Source: Podarcis filfolensis
Taxonomy: Eukaryota
Strand: one strand, 5' to 3'
Length of the DNA stretch: 64,000 bases
Assembly: GCA_964270895.1 (NCBI GenBank)
Contig: OZ185446.1
Shown: in pieces, positions 47,198 to 59,366 of the stretch
How the letters are laid out: every line of letters starts with the position of its first letter
Position numbering within the stretch: the stretch's first letter is position 1
Made by a program: the position numbers and the translations under genes
The notes under the pieces: model-generated
What the model was told of the DNA's origin: nothing
The model's database searches: none
What the model saw: the letters and a program-made list of their open reading frames with translations, nothing else

Positions 47198-49848
47198 CAT
47201 GTGTATACCTGTGAAGAGATCCAAGATTTAGAACCTCAAAGCCAAAGTGAGAGCATTTGGGTCAAAATTAAGGGAGAGAAGAATAACAGTGACCTCATTG
47301 TGGGAGTTTACTATAGATCCCCAAGCCAAACGGAGGACATAGATGATGCCTTCCTGGAACAGATGGCCAAGCATGCAAAAGGAAGGGAGATAGTAGTAAT
47401 GGGGGACTTCAATTACCCGGATATTTGTTGGATGTCAAACTCAGCCAAGAGCATAAGGTCAAACAGATTCCTCACTGGCCTTGCAGACAACTTCATTGTC
47501 CAGAAAGTGGGAGAAGCAACAAGAGGAACAGCCATTTTAGATCTGGTCCTAACCAATGTTGATGACCTGGTTAGTGGGGTAGAAGTGGAAGGATCATTAG
47601 GCGCGAGTGATCATGCTCTTCTGAAATTTAGTATACAGCGGAAAGGAGCAGCCAAGCATACTAGGACTCAATTTCTTGACTTTAAGAAAGCCGACTTCAT
47701 AAAACTTAGGGAAGTGCTGGGTGAGATCCCATGGACAGTAATACTAAAAGGAAATGGAGTTCATGATGGCTGGGAGTTTGTTAAGAGGGAGATAGTAAAA
47801 GCACAACTTCAGGCAATACCAATGAGATGGAAACATGGCATGGAAGGTGCCTAAAGAAGCCAGGGTGGCTATCTAAAGAACTTTTAACTGAGTTAAGATT
47901 TAAAAAGGATGTGTACAAAAAATGGAAAAGGGGGGAAACCACCAAAGAGGAATTCAAACAAATAGCCAGCACGTGTAGACACAAAGTCAGAAAAGCTAAA
48001 GCACAGAATGAACTCAGGCTTGCTAGAGAGGTTAAAAGCAACAAAAAAGGCTTTTATGGGTATGTTCGTAGTAAAAGGAAGAACAAAGAAACAGTGGGGT
48101 CACTCAGAGGAGAAGATGGTGAAATGCAAACAGGGGACACAGAAAGGGCTGAACTCCTCAATGCCTTCTTTGCCTCAGTCTTCTCCGATAAAGAAAACAA
48201 TGCCCGACCTGAAGAATTTGGAGCAAATGATTCAGCAGAGGAAACACAGCCCAGAATAACTAAGGAGATAGTACAAGAATACTTGGTTGGTCTAGATGTA
48301 TTCAAGCCTCCAGGGCCAGATGAACTGCATCCAAGAGTATTAAAAGAACTGGCAGATGTGATCTCAGAACCACTGGCAGTCATCTTTGAGAATTCCTGGA
48401 GAACAGGCGAAGTCCCGGCAGACTGGAGGAGGGCAAATGTTGTCCCTATTTTCAAAAAGGGGAAAAGAGAGGACCCAAATAATTACCGCCCAGTCAGTCT
48501 GACATCAATACCAGGGAAGATTCTGGAGCAGATCATTAAGCAAACAGTCTGTGAGCACCTAGAAAGGAATGCTGTGATCACCAATAGTCAGCATGGATTT
48601 CTGAAAAATAAGTCATGTCAGACAAACCTGATCTCGTTTTTTGACAGAATTACAAGCCTGGTAGATGAAGGGAACGCAGTGGATGTAGCCTACCTTGATT
48701 TCAGCAAGGCATTTGACAAGGTGCCCCATGATATTCTTGTAAAGAAGCTGGTAAAATGCGGTCTTGACTATGCTACCACTCAGTGGATTTGTAACTGGCT
48801 GACTGACCAAACCCAAAGAGTGCTCATCAATGGTTCCTCTTCATCCTGGAGAAGAGTGACTAGTGGGGTGCCACAGGGTTCTGTCTTGGGCCCGGTCTTA
48901 TTCAATATCTTTATCAACGACTTGGATGATGGACTTAAGGGCATCCTGATCAAATTTGCAGATGACACCAAACTGGGAGGGGTGGCTAACACCCCAGAGG
49001 ACAGGATCACACTTCAAAACGACCTTGACAGATTAGAGAACTGGGCCAAAACAAACAAGATGAATTTTAACAGGGAGAAATGTAAAGTATTGCACTTGGG
49101 CAAAAAAAAAATGAGAGGCACAAATACAAGATGGGTGACACCTGGCATGAGAGCAGTACATGTGAAAAGGATCTAGGAGTCTTGGTGGACCACAAACTTG
49201 ACATGAGTGGCAGCTAAAAAAGCCAATGCAATTCTGGGCTGCATCAATAGGAGTATAGCATCTAGATCAAGGGAAGTAATAGTGCCACTGTATTCTGCTC
49301 TGGTCAGACCTCACCTGGAGTACTGTGTCCAGTTCTGGGCACCACAGTTCAAGAAGGACACTGACAAACTGGAACGTGTCCAGAGGAGGGCAACCAAAAT
49401 GGTCAAAGGCCTGGAAACGATGCCTTATGAGGAATGGCTAAGGGAGCTGGGCATGTTTAGCCTGGAGAAGAGGAGGTTAAGGGGTGATATGATAGCCATG
49501 TTCAAATATATAAAAGGATGTCACATAGAGGAGGGAGAAAGGTTGTTTTCTGCTGCTCCAGAGAAGCGGACACGGAGCAATGGATCCAAACTACAAGAAA
49601 GAAGATTCCACCTAAACATTAGGAAGAACTTCCTGACAGTAAGAGCTGTTCGACAGTGGAATTTGCTGCCAAGGAGTGTGGTGGAGTCTCCTTCTTTGGA
49701 GGTCTTTAAGCAGAGGCTAGACAACCATATGTCAGGAGTGCTCTGATGGTGTTTCCTGCTTGGCAAGGGGTTGGACTCGATGGCCCTTGTGGTCTCTTCC
49801 AACTCTATGATTCTATGATTCTATGATTCTATGATTCTATGATTCTAT
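47198..49848 (+). mobile_element. 5'-truncated CR1 LINE (endonuclease + RT + C-terminus), frameshifted
   Basis: GVYYRSP, MGDFNYP and SDH endonuclease motifs; [37 protein letters not shown] and FADD RT motifs. Lesions: CATGG duplication near 47835, A10 slippage at 49102-49111 and a short deletion near 49208. (ATTCTATG)n tail. Confidence 0.95.
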
Positions 49849-49983
49849 GCCCAGTAGTATTTTTCTGGACTGGGAGGTTCTTGTTTCTGTCTTGCAGACT
49901 TCCCACTCTGCAGTGCTACCAGGTACTCCACCAGGACTATGGAGTAGGTTCCAGACTACCCTCCCAATTGAGCTGTTCACTTA

Positions 49984-50565
49984 CCGTATTTTTCGCCATA
50001 TAGGACGCACTTTCCCCCCTCCAAAAACGAAGGGGAAATCTGTGTGCGTCCTATGGGGCGAATGCAGGCTTTCGCTGAAGCTTGGAGAGCAAGAGGGGTC
50101 GGAGTTCCCGCAGGGCTCCCTAGGCTGCGGATAGCAGCCTGCTGCACGGAGCGGGGGGCGCACTGAAGCAGAGTGCCCCACGCTTCGGGCAGACACCCGC
50201 AGCCTGCTGCACGGAGCGCGGGGAGCGCTGAAGCAGAGCGCCCCGCGCTTTGGGCAGACATCGGGCAGCCCCACAAGCTCGGGGGACAGCGAGGAGGCGC
50301 AGCGCCGCCATCCCGCTGTTCCCCGACCTGGTTTGGAGGCTGGCGCTGGGGAGAAACGCGCTTCTCCCCAGCGCCAGCCCCACAAGCTCGGGGGACAGCG
50401 TGGAGGCGCAGTGCCACCATCCTGTTGTTCCCTGACCTGGTTTGGATTCCCTGACCAAGTTTTTTGGGGGGGGGATAAAGTAAAAATTGTTTTCCTTTAT
50501 TCCACCCCCCAAAAAAACTAGGTGCGTCCTATGGGCCGGTGCGTCCTATGGGACGAAAAATACGG
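49984..50565. mobile_element. Tc1/mariner(pogo)-type MITE with CCGTATTTTTCG termini and GC-rich repeated interior
   Basis: TA TSD at 49982-49983 and 50566-50567. TIR CCGTATTTTTCG..CATAGGACGCAC. Internal ~110-bp direct repeats at 50267-50450. Confidence 0.9.
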
Positions 50566-53500
50566 TACTTCAATTTCGGCTTCTTGAACCCAGTCTTAGA
50601 GTACTGGTTATTTTCAGTTTTGGTCTCATTCACACTGAATGAGTGTTAAATCTCAGGTTGCTTAGCGAGCCCTAGGACTGACATCCAGAGAACCTTTGAC
50701 AGTACTGGTGGAGTGGAAAAGCATTGCCACCACTGCTTGTCCAGCTCCATCATTCCATGTTCCTCATGCTTAAAATAAGTAGGAATTTAATTCTGCTCCA
50801 CAGTAAGAAACAGAAAAGGTGCAGAAATGATGGGACTCTAGAAGGAATAGGGTGGGAGGTGGAAGAGTTAGCACCCTCTCCTGCTGTATAAAGCAATTGA
50901 GATGGCTCAGTCAATACAGCATGAGACTCTTGATCTCACATTGGGCAAAATATTCCTGAATTGCAGGGGTTGGACATAGATGACCCTCATGGTCGTTTCC
51001 AACTCTATGGTTCTACTACATTAGGTAAGAGGTTGCAACCTGGCAATCCTAGTAAGCCCAACATGTGCTTTACTCTTGGATTGTCAACTCATGTCTACAT
51101 TCAACAGCTTGAGTCGTGGCTTGAGCTGCTGTGTTATCATTATGTGATGGTTATTTTACCATCAACACAAGACCAAAAGCGAAATTAATATAACATTTAT
51201 CATGCCACTGAGGGCTGAATGTTCTGGGATGGAATGTCATTCTCACCAAGGAAACAAGAGTTCGCTTGTGATTAAGACTTCATATTTCCCTTGCTTGAAA
51301 TTTGTGGTGTGTGTGTAAGAAAGAGCAAAAGCTCCCAAAACAATGACGACCAGAACAATTGCTTGAAAGCAAGCTTTTTCAGTAAACAAGCAAATAGCTA
51401 GGGCTTGTTTTTGCAAGGATGTATTAAAAGAAAATAAATGTCAATTAAAATATTTTAACATCAAAGGCAAATTTCTCTCAAGTTACAGGCAACAAACACT
51501 TGAATTTGATTATTAAATTGAAAAAGCTTTAATTAGCCCACGTCAGTTTGCCTTTTAAAAAATGAAAACATCCTATGCTAAATATACCTCTCAAGGTTTA
51601 TTTTAACAACAGTATTTTATACACACTCATACAAATTAAATACAGTGTCCTTGAATCCATTTCAGATATACACAAAGAACTTGAGCTTTAAAGAAGAAGA
51701 AGAAGAAGAAGAAGTCCCACAGGATCACAGATGTCCCACAGATGTACCTAGGAGTACACCTCACTGTACTTGACAGGGCTTACTTCCATGTAAACATGCA
51801 TGGGATTGCACTGTCACTCTCGTAATATCTCACACATTAGCTAGTCCTAAAGCTGAGTAATGAATATATAGCCACCAAACAGAATTTTTTCCAACCCAGT
51901 GCTTTCCACTCTGTGCTCCTAGAAACACTACCTAGGTCTAGGCAACCTGCAACCCAAGGGCCACCCAGCAGTGTAACATGAGTTGCTAGTGCCCAGGGCG
52001 GGCAAGCCGCTGACACCACCAGAGCACGCTGTTCCCCCCACTGGAGCCAAATTACTTTCATTAGTAACATGTAGTTAGCCCTTAAAGGTTCACTCACATA
52101 TGAACACACTTTAGACCACATCACTCAATGCTTAAGGTGATCTTGTGAAGTGATCATATAGCCACAATGAGCCACATTATCATCTTCCTCAATGGTTTTC
52201 AAAGTGTGTTTCAAGCAACCCTGTGGTTTCTCAGAAGTTATAGCAGGGGTTCCATAATATGATGATCAGTAACAGCAGACAAACTTCCCAGAAACACAGC
52301 TTAGGGCTTGTCATAGAAAGCACAAGTCCAAGCAGTTTTCCATTCGTCCCACACTTTCTAGGCACAGGTCTGAGTGGTTTTGCCTTTGCCCGCCACTTTC
52401 CCCTGGAAAACCTGCTCTTTAGCACTAAATCAGAACAAGCAGAAATCAGATTGCTGATTGTTCTGATTCAGCGCTGGGGAAAACGTCAGCGCAAATGGAG
52501 GTGTGGGTGAGTCCTTGTTCACCACTATCAACCATCTGCTGCGATGCAAAGGCATGGGGGAGTGTTGGGAGAGTCCCAGGGAACTGCATTCAGTTGCATT
52601 TGGGTGTTAAGTCTGCATCTCAAAATACTCCCCGGAATCCTCTGCAATGAACGGGGGTTCTGTGGCAGGAATAAAGGAGGTCCCTAGAAGACAAATGTGA
52701 AAAGGGTGTAGTAAAGGAAGAAGGCTTTAAGCTCATGTATCTAGCAAAGTGATTACTCAGAGAAGCAAAGGTTCAGAAGAGACTTCCTTCTCTATAACAG
52801 ACACTCCAAAAGGGATTGGGCCAATAATAGTGAAGACAAAGCCATTGCTCTAATCTCTCAAAAGAAGGCAAAGTGAAAGCCTCGCATGCACCCCAGCTAC
52901 TTATGTTCTCTTCCAATGTCTGCTGTTCATATTTTTCTTTTTCCTGAAATAAAAAGAATACTATTACATTTTTTTTGTTTAGGATGGGCAATGCGTGAGG
53001 CACTGTGATCATTCACCTCTGTCTTTACTAAAATTCCATTTATATTTCCCAGGGCAACCTTACTCTTGCAATGAGTGAAAGGAAACCTTACTGAAAACTA
53101 AAATCCCTTACTTTTCACTTCCTGAGATGTGAAGCAGTCAATATTTTTAGTTCTGTATCTGCTTCTCTCTCTTACCCAAGTAGAAACACAAATCTAAAAT
53201 CAGAAGTATTTTAGCATTTAGTTAATTTTTCTGTAGTATCTCCCCCCTTTTTTTACGGGTAGGGGGACAGAAATTAGAACTGTCTTAGTATAGTGTCCAA
53301 ATATACACATTATGTTTTTTGCCTACACATCAAATTAGCAGGCTCTGAAAAGGACTACATCTTACTCTAAGAAAATTATTAATCTATGTTCCCATTGTGT
53401 GAGACATAAAGAAAATTCTGTGACCTAGAAATTACTGCATTTATAATGAACTATGTTGCAGATAACTGTGACACTTTGCAATTACCCACTTATTTCCTTC

Positions 53501-55369
53501 TGTATCAAAGCTATTAACAGAACGGAGAAGGATGCGCCAGCTTCGAGGAAAATCTCAAGGGTGGAATGGCTGAAATAATACAACGTGAAGCAGTGTGTCA
53601 TCTGCCCTTTAGCACCATTCTGCTTCCAGAAAGCAAAGGAAATTGGTGGATGTGAAGGAATGAAGGCCTGAAACATTTTTTAATGACAGCTACTCAAGGT
53701 CTCAATCATCGGGCTATCTTACATTGTATAGTCTAGACCAAAACTACTTAACAGTTCAAAATAAACCTTATTAGCTGCTGCAAGATATGAAAATGGCAAG
53801 TAATCATTAAACAACTCACTACTAGACTGGTCAGCAGGTCAACCAAGGGCAGTCAGTCTAGGGTCCAGATCCCGTTCTTCCCTTCTCATTTTCTTCCCTT
53901 TCTGATGTCAGACTCATAGATTCATAGCTGGATGAAGCTAAAACTTTGAGACTGGTGTGCTGCTTGTCCTAGGATGGTATGGAAGTTGAGGGTGGGAATT
54001 CACCCTTCACAAAGTCAGACAGCAGGGAGTTCATTTTAACAGGCTCTTGCTCCCCTTTAAAAATGTGTATATGTGTGTCTGTGTTGTAAGTAGTCCATGC
54101 CCACTACAAAGTGCAAATATATTGAGAAGATAGGAAATCTTAAGTAGGCTGCAAAAGGAAGAACCAATGTGATGTCTTTATTTTCTTACACACTAGAGTA
54201 ATCTGGAAATAGAAGTAACAATGTCCCCAGCAGGTCCTGCATTCCCTTTTCTTTTTGCTGGCAAATCACTGCCATCTTACCCTTTCATGTTTTTGGCACC
54301 CACTGCGAGGGTTTACGCCTTTTATTCACTCACATACCTAGGTGGTAGTGTAAGCATAATCTTCCCATCACCTTGGGGGCACCTGGAGTTGTTCCTATAC
54401 ATCCGCTTCCACCTCATCCCTCTGTCACTCTCAAAGCTGTTTCATCTGGAACAGCCCTACCACAACATGCAAGCTCCAATGTGCACCTTCCTAGCTCCTC
54501 CCATAATGTAGCCAGGAGCTGCATTGCAAAAGTCAGTGTTAGACAGGGACAGCATATTAGAGCACTGGAGGTAGCAGGGAAGCAAATGGCTAGGTTGGGG
54601 GCTGTGCTGATGCCCTGCCTGTTTCCCAACACTCTTTATCATGTGCCAGTCTCTGGGGGACTTTGTAGGAGGAGAGGACTGTGAGCAGAGTGAGCTCTTG
54701 ACTTGGGCCCAAGTCTGAATGTAACGGTGCCACTGCCTGGTATGGGAAAGGAACATCGTCCAGTTATGAGAAGACAAAAACTCCAATGCAAATCCTCATT
54801 ATTACATATTTTACATGGCTGTTTATTTGTATATATTTTAAAATTTGTTCCTGAGAGAAGTGGACCCAGTGCCAACTAACAGTCCCCTCCCCCAGTTGCT
54901 AACCAAATGCAAGGAAAGTGTGTGGACAGGGTGGGAAGGGACATTGCAGTAGTCCACTTTAAGAATGGAGCAGGTTAAGGTGTGCAAAAAACCAACAATC
55001 CTCCATCCTCTTCTCAGAGTGGTCCTCTGTGCTGAATAGCACTGTCTCCACTTTCATTCAAGGTGGTGATGAAGCAAATACAAAAACTCCATCTTTCATT
55101 GCAGCAACTCTTGCCAGTTGATTATTTGCCTTTATAGCAGATTGGCAAAATCAGACACTTCTCTCAGGAACAAATACATTGTCCAAGTGCATTATGTCCT
55201 AACCACAGAAAGGTTACAAAACTCTAAGAATGACTCATAAAACCATTACTTAGCCTCTTGGACACTATGTATTCAGTATGAGGGAGGGGAGGAGGAGACG
55301 ACCTATGTTTCATCTTAGATTTACATTGAACATTCTTCCTGTTCACTTTGACTCACAATTTGTTTGTGT

Positions 55370-55615
55370 GAAGAAGAAGAAGAGTTTGGATTTGATATCC
55401 CCCTTTATCACTACCCGAAGGAGTCTCAAAGTGGCTAACAATCTCCTTTCCCTTCCTCCCCCACAACAAACACTCTGTGAGGTGAGTGGGGCTGAGAGAC
55501 TTCAAAGAAGTGTGACTGGCCCAAGGTTACCCAGCAGCTGCTTGCGGAGGAGCAGAGACGCGAACCCGGTTCCCCAGATTATGAGTCCACCGTTCTTAAC
55601 CACTTCACCACACTG
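55370..55615 (-). mobile_element. Young tRNA-derived SINE (lacertid-type, Squam3-like)
   Basis: Minus strand: CAGTGTGGTGAAGTGG (box A), GGGTTCGCGTCTC (box B variant), an L2-like 3' end CCACTTTGAGACTCC...GATAAAGGGGATAT and a (CTT)n tail. Confidence 0.85.
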
Positions 55616-56071
55616 AAGCTTTGTTTAATGGGGAAAATGGCATCCTAGTATGTCCTCCAGCATATTAATTCCTCCTTATATTGGTTTTAACACTGTAGGA
55701 AAATGTGGTCTGCTAATGAATTCTGAAAACTTCAAAAACAAACAAACATACATGCATATACATTCTTTGATAAGGACAAAGGGAAAGTAATAGTTTTCAC
55801 CTTCCTATTTTAACTGGTTAGGGTTCAATTATTCAGTCAAGAATAATTATAAGAAGCACATATTTGAAAGATCTACAAATCCCATAAGCACCAGCATTCC
55901 AAACATTCCCAGGTGCATCCAGTAAATGTATGTGCGACGGCTCCTCTCGCTTGTAAAGAGGCAGATCAGAGGTGGGGAATCTCCGACCAGCATGCCTAAT
56001 GAGGGCCACCAGGCCTCCCCATTTGGCCCATTTGGGTCAAGTCATGCTCACCAGCCCAGCTGTAGAGTTGG

Positions 56072-56307
56072 AAGGTTCTACACTTAGGCAGGAAGAACCA
56101 GCTTCACAAATATAAGATGGGGGGCACTTGGCTTAACATGAGTCAACAGTATGATGCAGCAGCAAAAGAAGCTCATGCTATTCTAGGCTGCATCAACAGA
56201 AGTATAATATCCAGATCAAGGAAAGTAATAGTACCACTCTGTTCTGCCTGGAGCCCTGTGTCCCATTCTGGGCACCACAGTTTAAGGATACTAACAAGCT
56301 GGAATGT
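56072..56307 (+). mobile_element. Degraded CR1 fragment (KVLHLG to KLE)
   Basis: Colinear with 49083-49375 of the CR1 copy in this window, with internal deletions. Confidence 0.8.
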
Positions 56308-56359
56308 AACACTGATTATTATTATATCCACTGATGGTGGTGGTGGTGGTAGTGGTGGT

Positions 56360-56815
56360 GATATATTTATTTGTACTTCACTTTGAGGGACTTGAGGTAG
56401 TGTACAGATAAAATAGGAACAGCTAAAAACATAGGAAAAACCCTCACTCATTAAAAAAAAAATTAAACATGTATAGAATGAAAACTCTCTCTCTCTCTCT
56501 GTGTGTGTGTGTGTTTTCTATTAAAAACACACAGATAATTACAATAAAAACAGCATGTTTCCCAAACCTGTTGGAATAAGGTGGTCTTCAACTGGTGGCA
56601 GAAGCACAACAAGGAGGGAATCAGTATAACTTCTCTAGGGAAGAAGTTCCAAAGTCTGGAAGCAGCCACTGAGAAGGCCCTCACCCACATCCCTCACCCA
56701 CATCCCCACCAAGCAGGCCTGTGAGGGCAGCAGGACCGAGAAAAGGGCCTCCCCTCAAGATCTCAGAACCTAGGCAGGTTCATATGAGGTAATGCTGTCT
56801 TTCAGATAGCATTGG
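56360..56815 (-). mobile_element. L2 LINE 3' fragment
   Basis: RAFSVAASRLWNFFPREV...QLKTTLF. Confidence 0.8.
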
Positions 56816-56831
56816 GTCTTTCAAATAACAC

Positions 56832-56872
<41 letters not shown>

Positions 56873-56873
<1 letters not shown>

Positions 56874-57023
56874 TTACAGATGAGCTGAGATTTAAGAAGG
56901 GCAAGTGTAAGAAATAAAAGAAAGGGGAAAATCATGATGGACAAATATACACAAGTAGCCAACACTTGCCGGGATAAGGCCAAGTGGACCAAAGCTTAGA
57001 ATGAACTCAGGCTTGCAAGAGAG

Positions 57024-57063
<40 letters not shown>

Positions 57064-57485
57064 GATTTATTGAGCTATGTTTGAAGCAAAAGGAAGAACA
57101 AACAAGTAGTAGGTCCTTTGTGTGGAGAAGATAGAAATGCTATTGTATAACAGAGAGAGGGCAGAACAGCTCAAAACCTCCTTTGCCTCTGTCTTAACCC
57201 GAAAGGAAAGCAATGCCCAACCCGGTGATAACGTAGTAAATGTTGTAAGGAGAGAGCTGCAGCCCAAGATAGGAAAAGAGGTGGTATAGGAGCACCTAGC
57301 TACTTTAAATGATTCACATCTCCAGGGCCTCAGGAGCTGTACCCAAGGGTACTAAAGGAGCAGATTACACCAAGCTAGAAGGGGTAGCTAAGGCTACAGA
57401 AGACAGAATTGGGATTCAATATGACCTTAACAGATTGGAGAACTGTCCCCAAATTGACAACATGAATTTCAATAGGGACAAATGT
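56873..57485 (+). mobile_element. Degraded CR1 fragment with large internal deletion and (AAT)n expansion
   Basis: Matches 47881-~48350 and then 48958-49083 of the CR1 copy in this window. Confidence 0.8.
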
Positions 57486-58714
57486 TTTAACAAACAAAAT
57501 CTTCTACTCCTTGTTTTTTTGTTCCATTAATGCCTTGACAAATTGCATATGGCATAGACGAGAGAACTGAGATATTAATGGGCGCAAAGACTATTATTGA
57601 AAAGGCCACAGAAACACATTGTAACATAACAGAAATAGCAAGAGAATATCTATAACATCAGCCTATAACAAAAAAATAGTGCTAAGATTAATAAAATATG
57701 TGGCAAATCCATATACTTGTGACAGCGAGATATTTGCTATGTTGAGAGAAAACTCTATTATATGGGATAGCAGCGTTAGCAAGTTTTCTTTAAAATAATG
57801 CACTTAGCTTACAAAAAAAAAGCACACATAAAATCTGATGGGGATGTCCTGACTTACAATTCAAACACCCAAATCCTAGCCGTACTTACCTTGAAATAAA
57901 TCTCATTAATTCCAGTGCAACTTATTATAAGTAAATACGCTTAGGATTCCAGCCTCAGTCTGGTTTAGAATACAGATAGGCAACTGGCTCAATCCACTTC
58001 CCTGAGGGCATCCAAAGCATCATCCAACACAGACCCTACTCCAAAAAAGACCTCCTTATATTATGCACCTCACCCATTTTCCCCATCATGAGCTGAGACA
58101 CACACAAATGGCTCTTTAACACCCTCCACATAGTTTCAGCGGCAACAGAAGCTTTGGCAGAGTTTTCCCATTACACATGTCAGATCTAATCCCCTTATGA
58201 TAGCCAAGATACAGGCAAATAATATGTGTGAGCAGCTCTCCATCAAAGTCTCTTCTTTTTGCTGCTTGCAAAGAGGAGCTGAAGCCGGTAAAAAGCCACC
58301 TGTCTGCACTTCGACATGGGCCACAGGAGTAAGAAATGAATGACACCAAGGTTGCTGGCCTCCTAGACCTTGTTCAGTTCAAAAGGTGGCCCTTGTTAAA
58401 AAAAATTGTTGCTGATCAGCAATTTAGGATTTGTGGAGCACAAAATAACCCTGCCTTGGCACTATAAGAGCCACAGCATCATAATCAGGCAGCTGACTGA
58501 AGCAGTCACACTTTGTTTACCCTGAGGCCAGGCAAAGGGCTTGAAGGGAAAAGAAGAAACGTGGTGGATTCTTCGGATGTAATTATGCATTCCTGAATCT
58601 AGCACAGTTGATCTTAAACACTTTGTAGGAATGCTTTCCAAATCAATTTGTCTGCTGAGGAACATCTCAGAATGCAGAGGATTCTGGGGCAAATTCTGAG
58701 GTCATCATAGTCAT

Positions 58715-58990
58715 CATCATGCCGCCCATCTGACTGGGTTGCCCCAGCACCAACACTTTGAATTATGCTCAGAAACGTACTGGGAGCCAATGCAGGTATT
58801 TTAGGACCAGTGTTATATGGCCCCAGCAGCTGCTCTTGGTCCCCACTCTGGCAGCCACATTCTGGAACAGTTGTAGTTTCTGAATCACCTTCAAACGTAG
58901 CACCATGAAATCAGTATGTCTAGAGTACTGGCCAGGTCTGATGAGTTTCACTATCACCCTACATGTGTCCAAATCCTGGTGGTGTAGAAC
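58715..58990 (-). mobile_element. L2 LINE fragment
   Basis: QKLQLFQNVAARV...HIT.VLK.LHWLPVRF. Confidence 0.82.
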
Positions 58991-59224
58991 CCACAAGCAG
59001 GTCAGGAGGGTCTAAGTCCAGCAGGTAGTCTGGGAAGGAAAAAGATAAGGATTCCTGAAAACAACAGTGGCTGTTTTCAGAACCCTGGACAGAACCCAAA
59101 GAGCAGCCTGGCATGTTCTAAAAAGACCTTGGTCTCAACTGAGCTCTTACTACTTTTTCTTGGCAGTGAGAGGTCAAATAATAAGGGCTCACCAGCCCCG
59201 TTTCCTCCCTCTCTCCTCTCCCAA

Positions 59225-59366
59225 CCTTATACTGTATACAACACAAATGTCTCACATCAAATGTAACTGATCTGCGGGGGGGGGGGGATCCACAACCTGA
59301 AAAAAGACAATGCACATACTTTTGTAACCTAAGAAAATCTTTAATAAAAATTATTTTTTAAAAAAA
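59225..59366 (+). mobile_element. Probable LINE 3' terminus (G-run, AATAAA, A-tail)
   Basis: Poly(G), TTTTGTAACC..AAAATCTTTAATAAAAATT and an A-rich end resembling L1-clade 3' ends. Confidence 0.4.
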
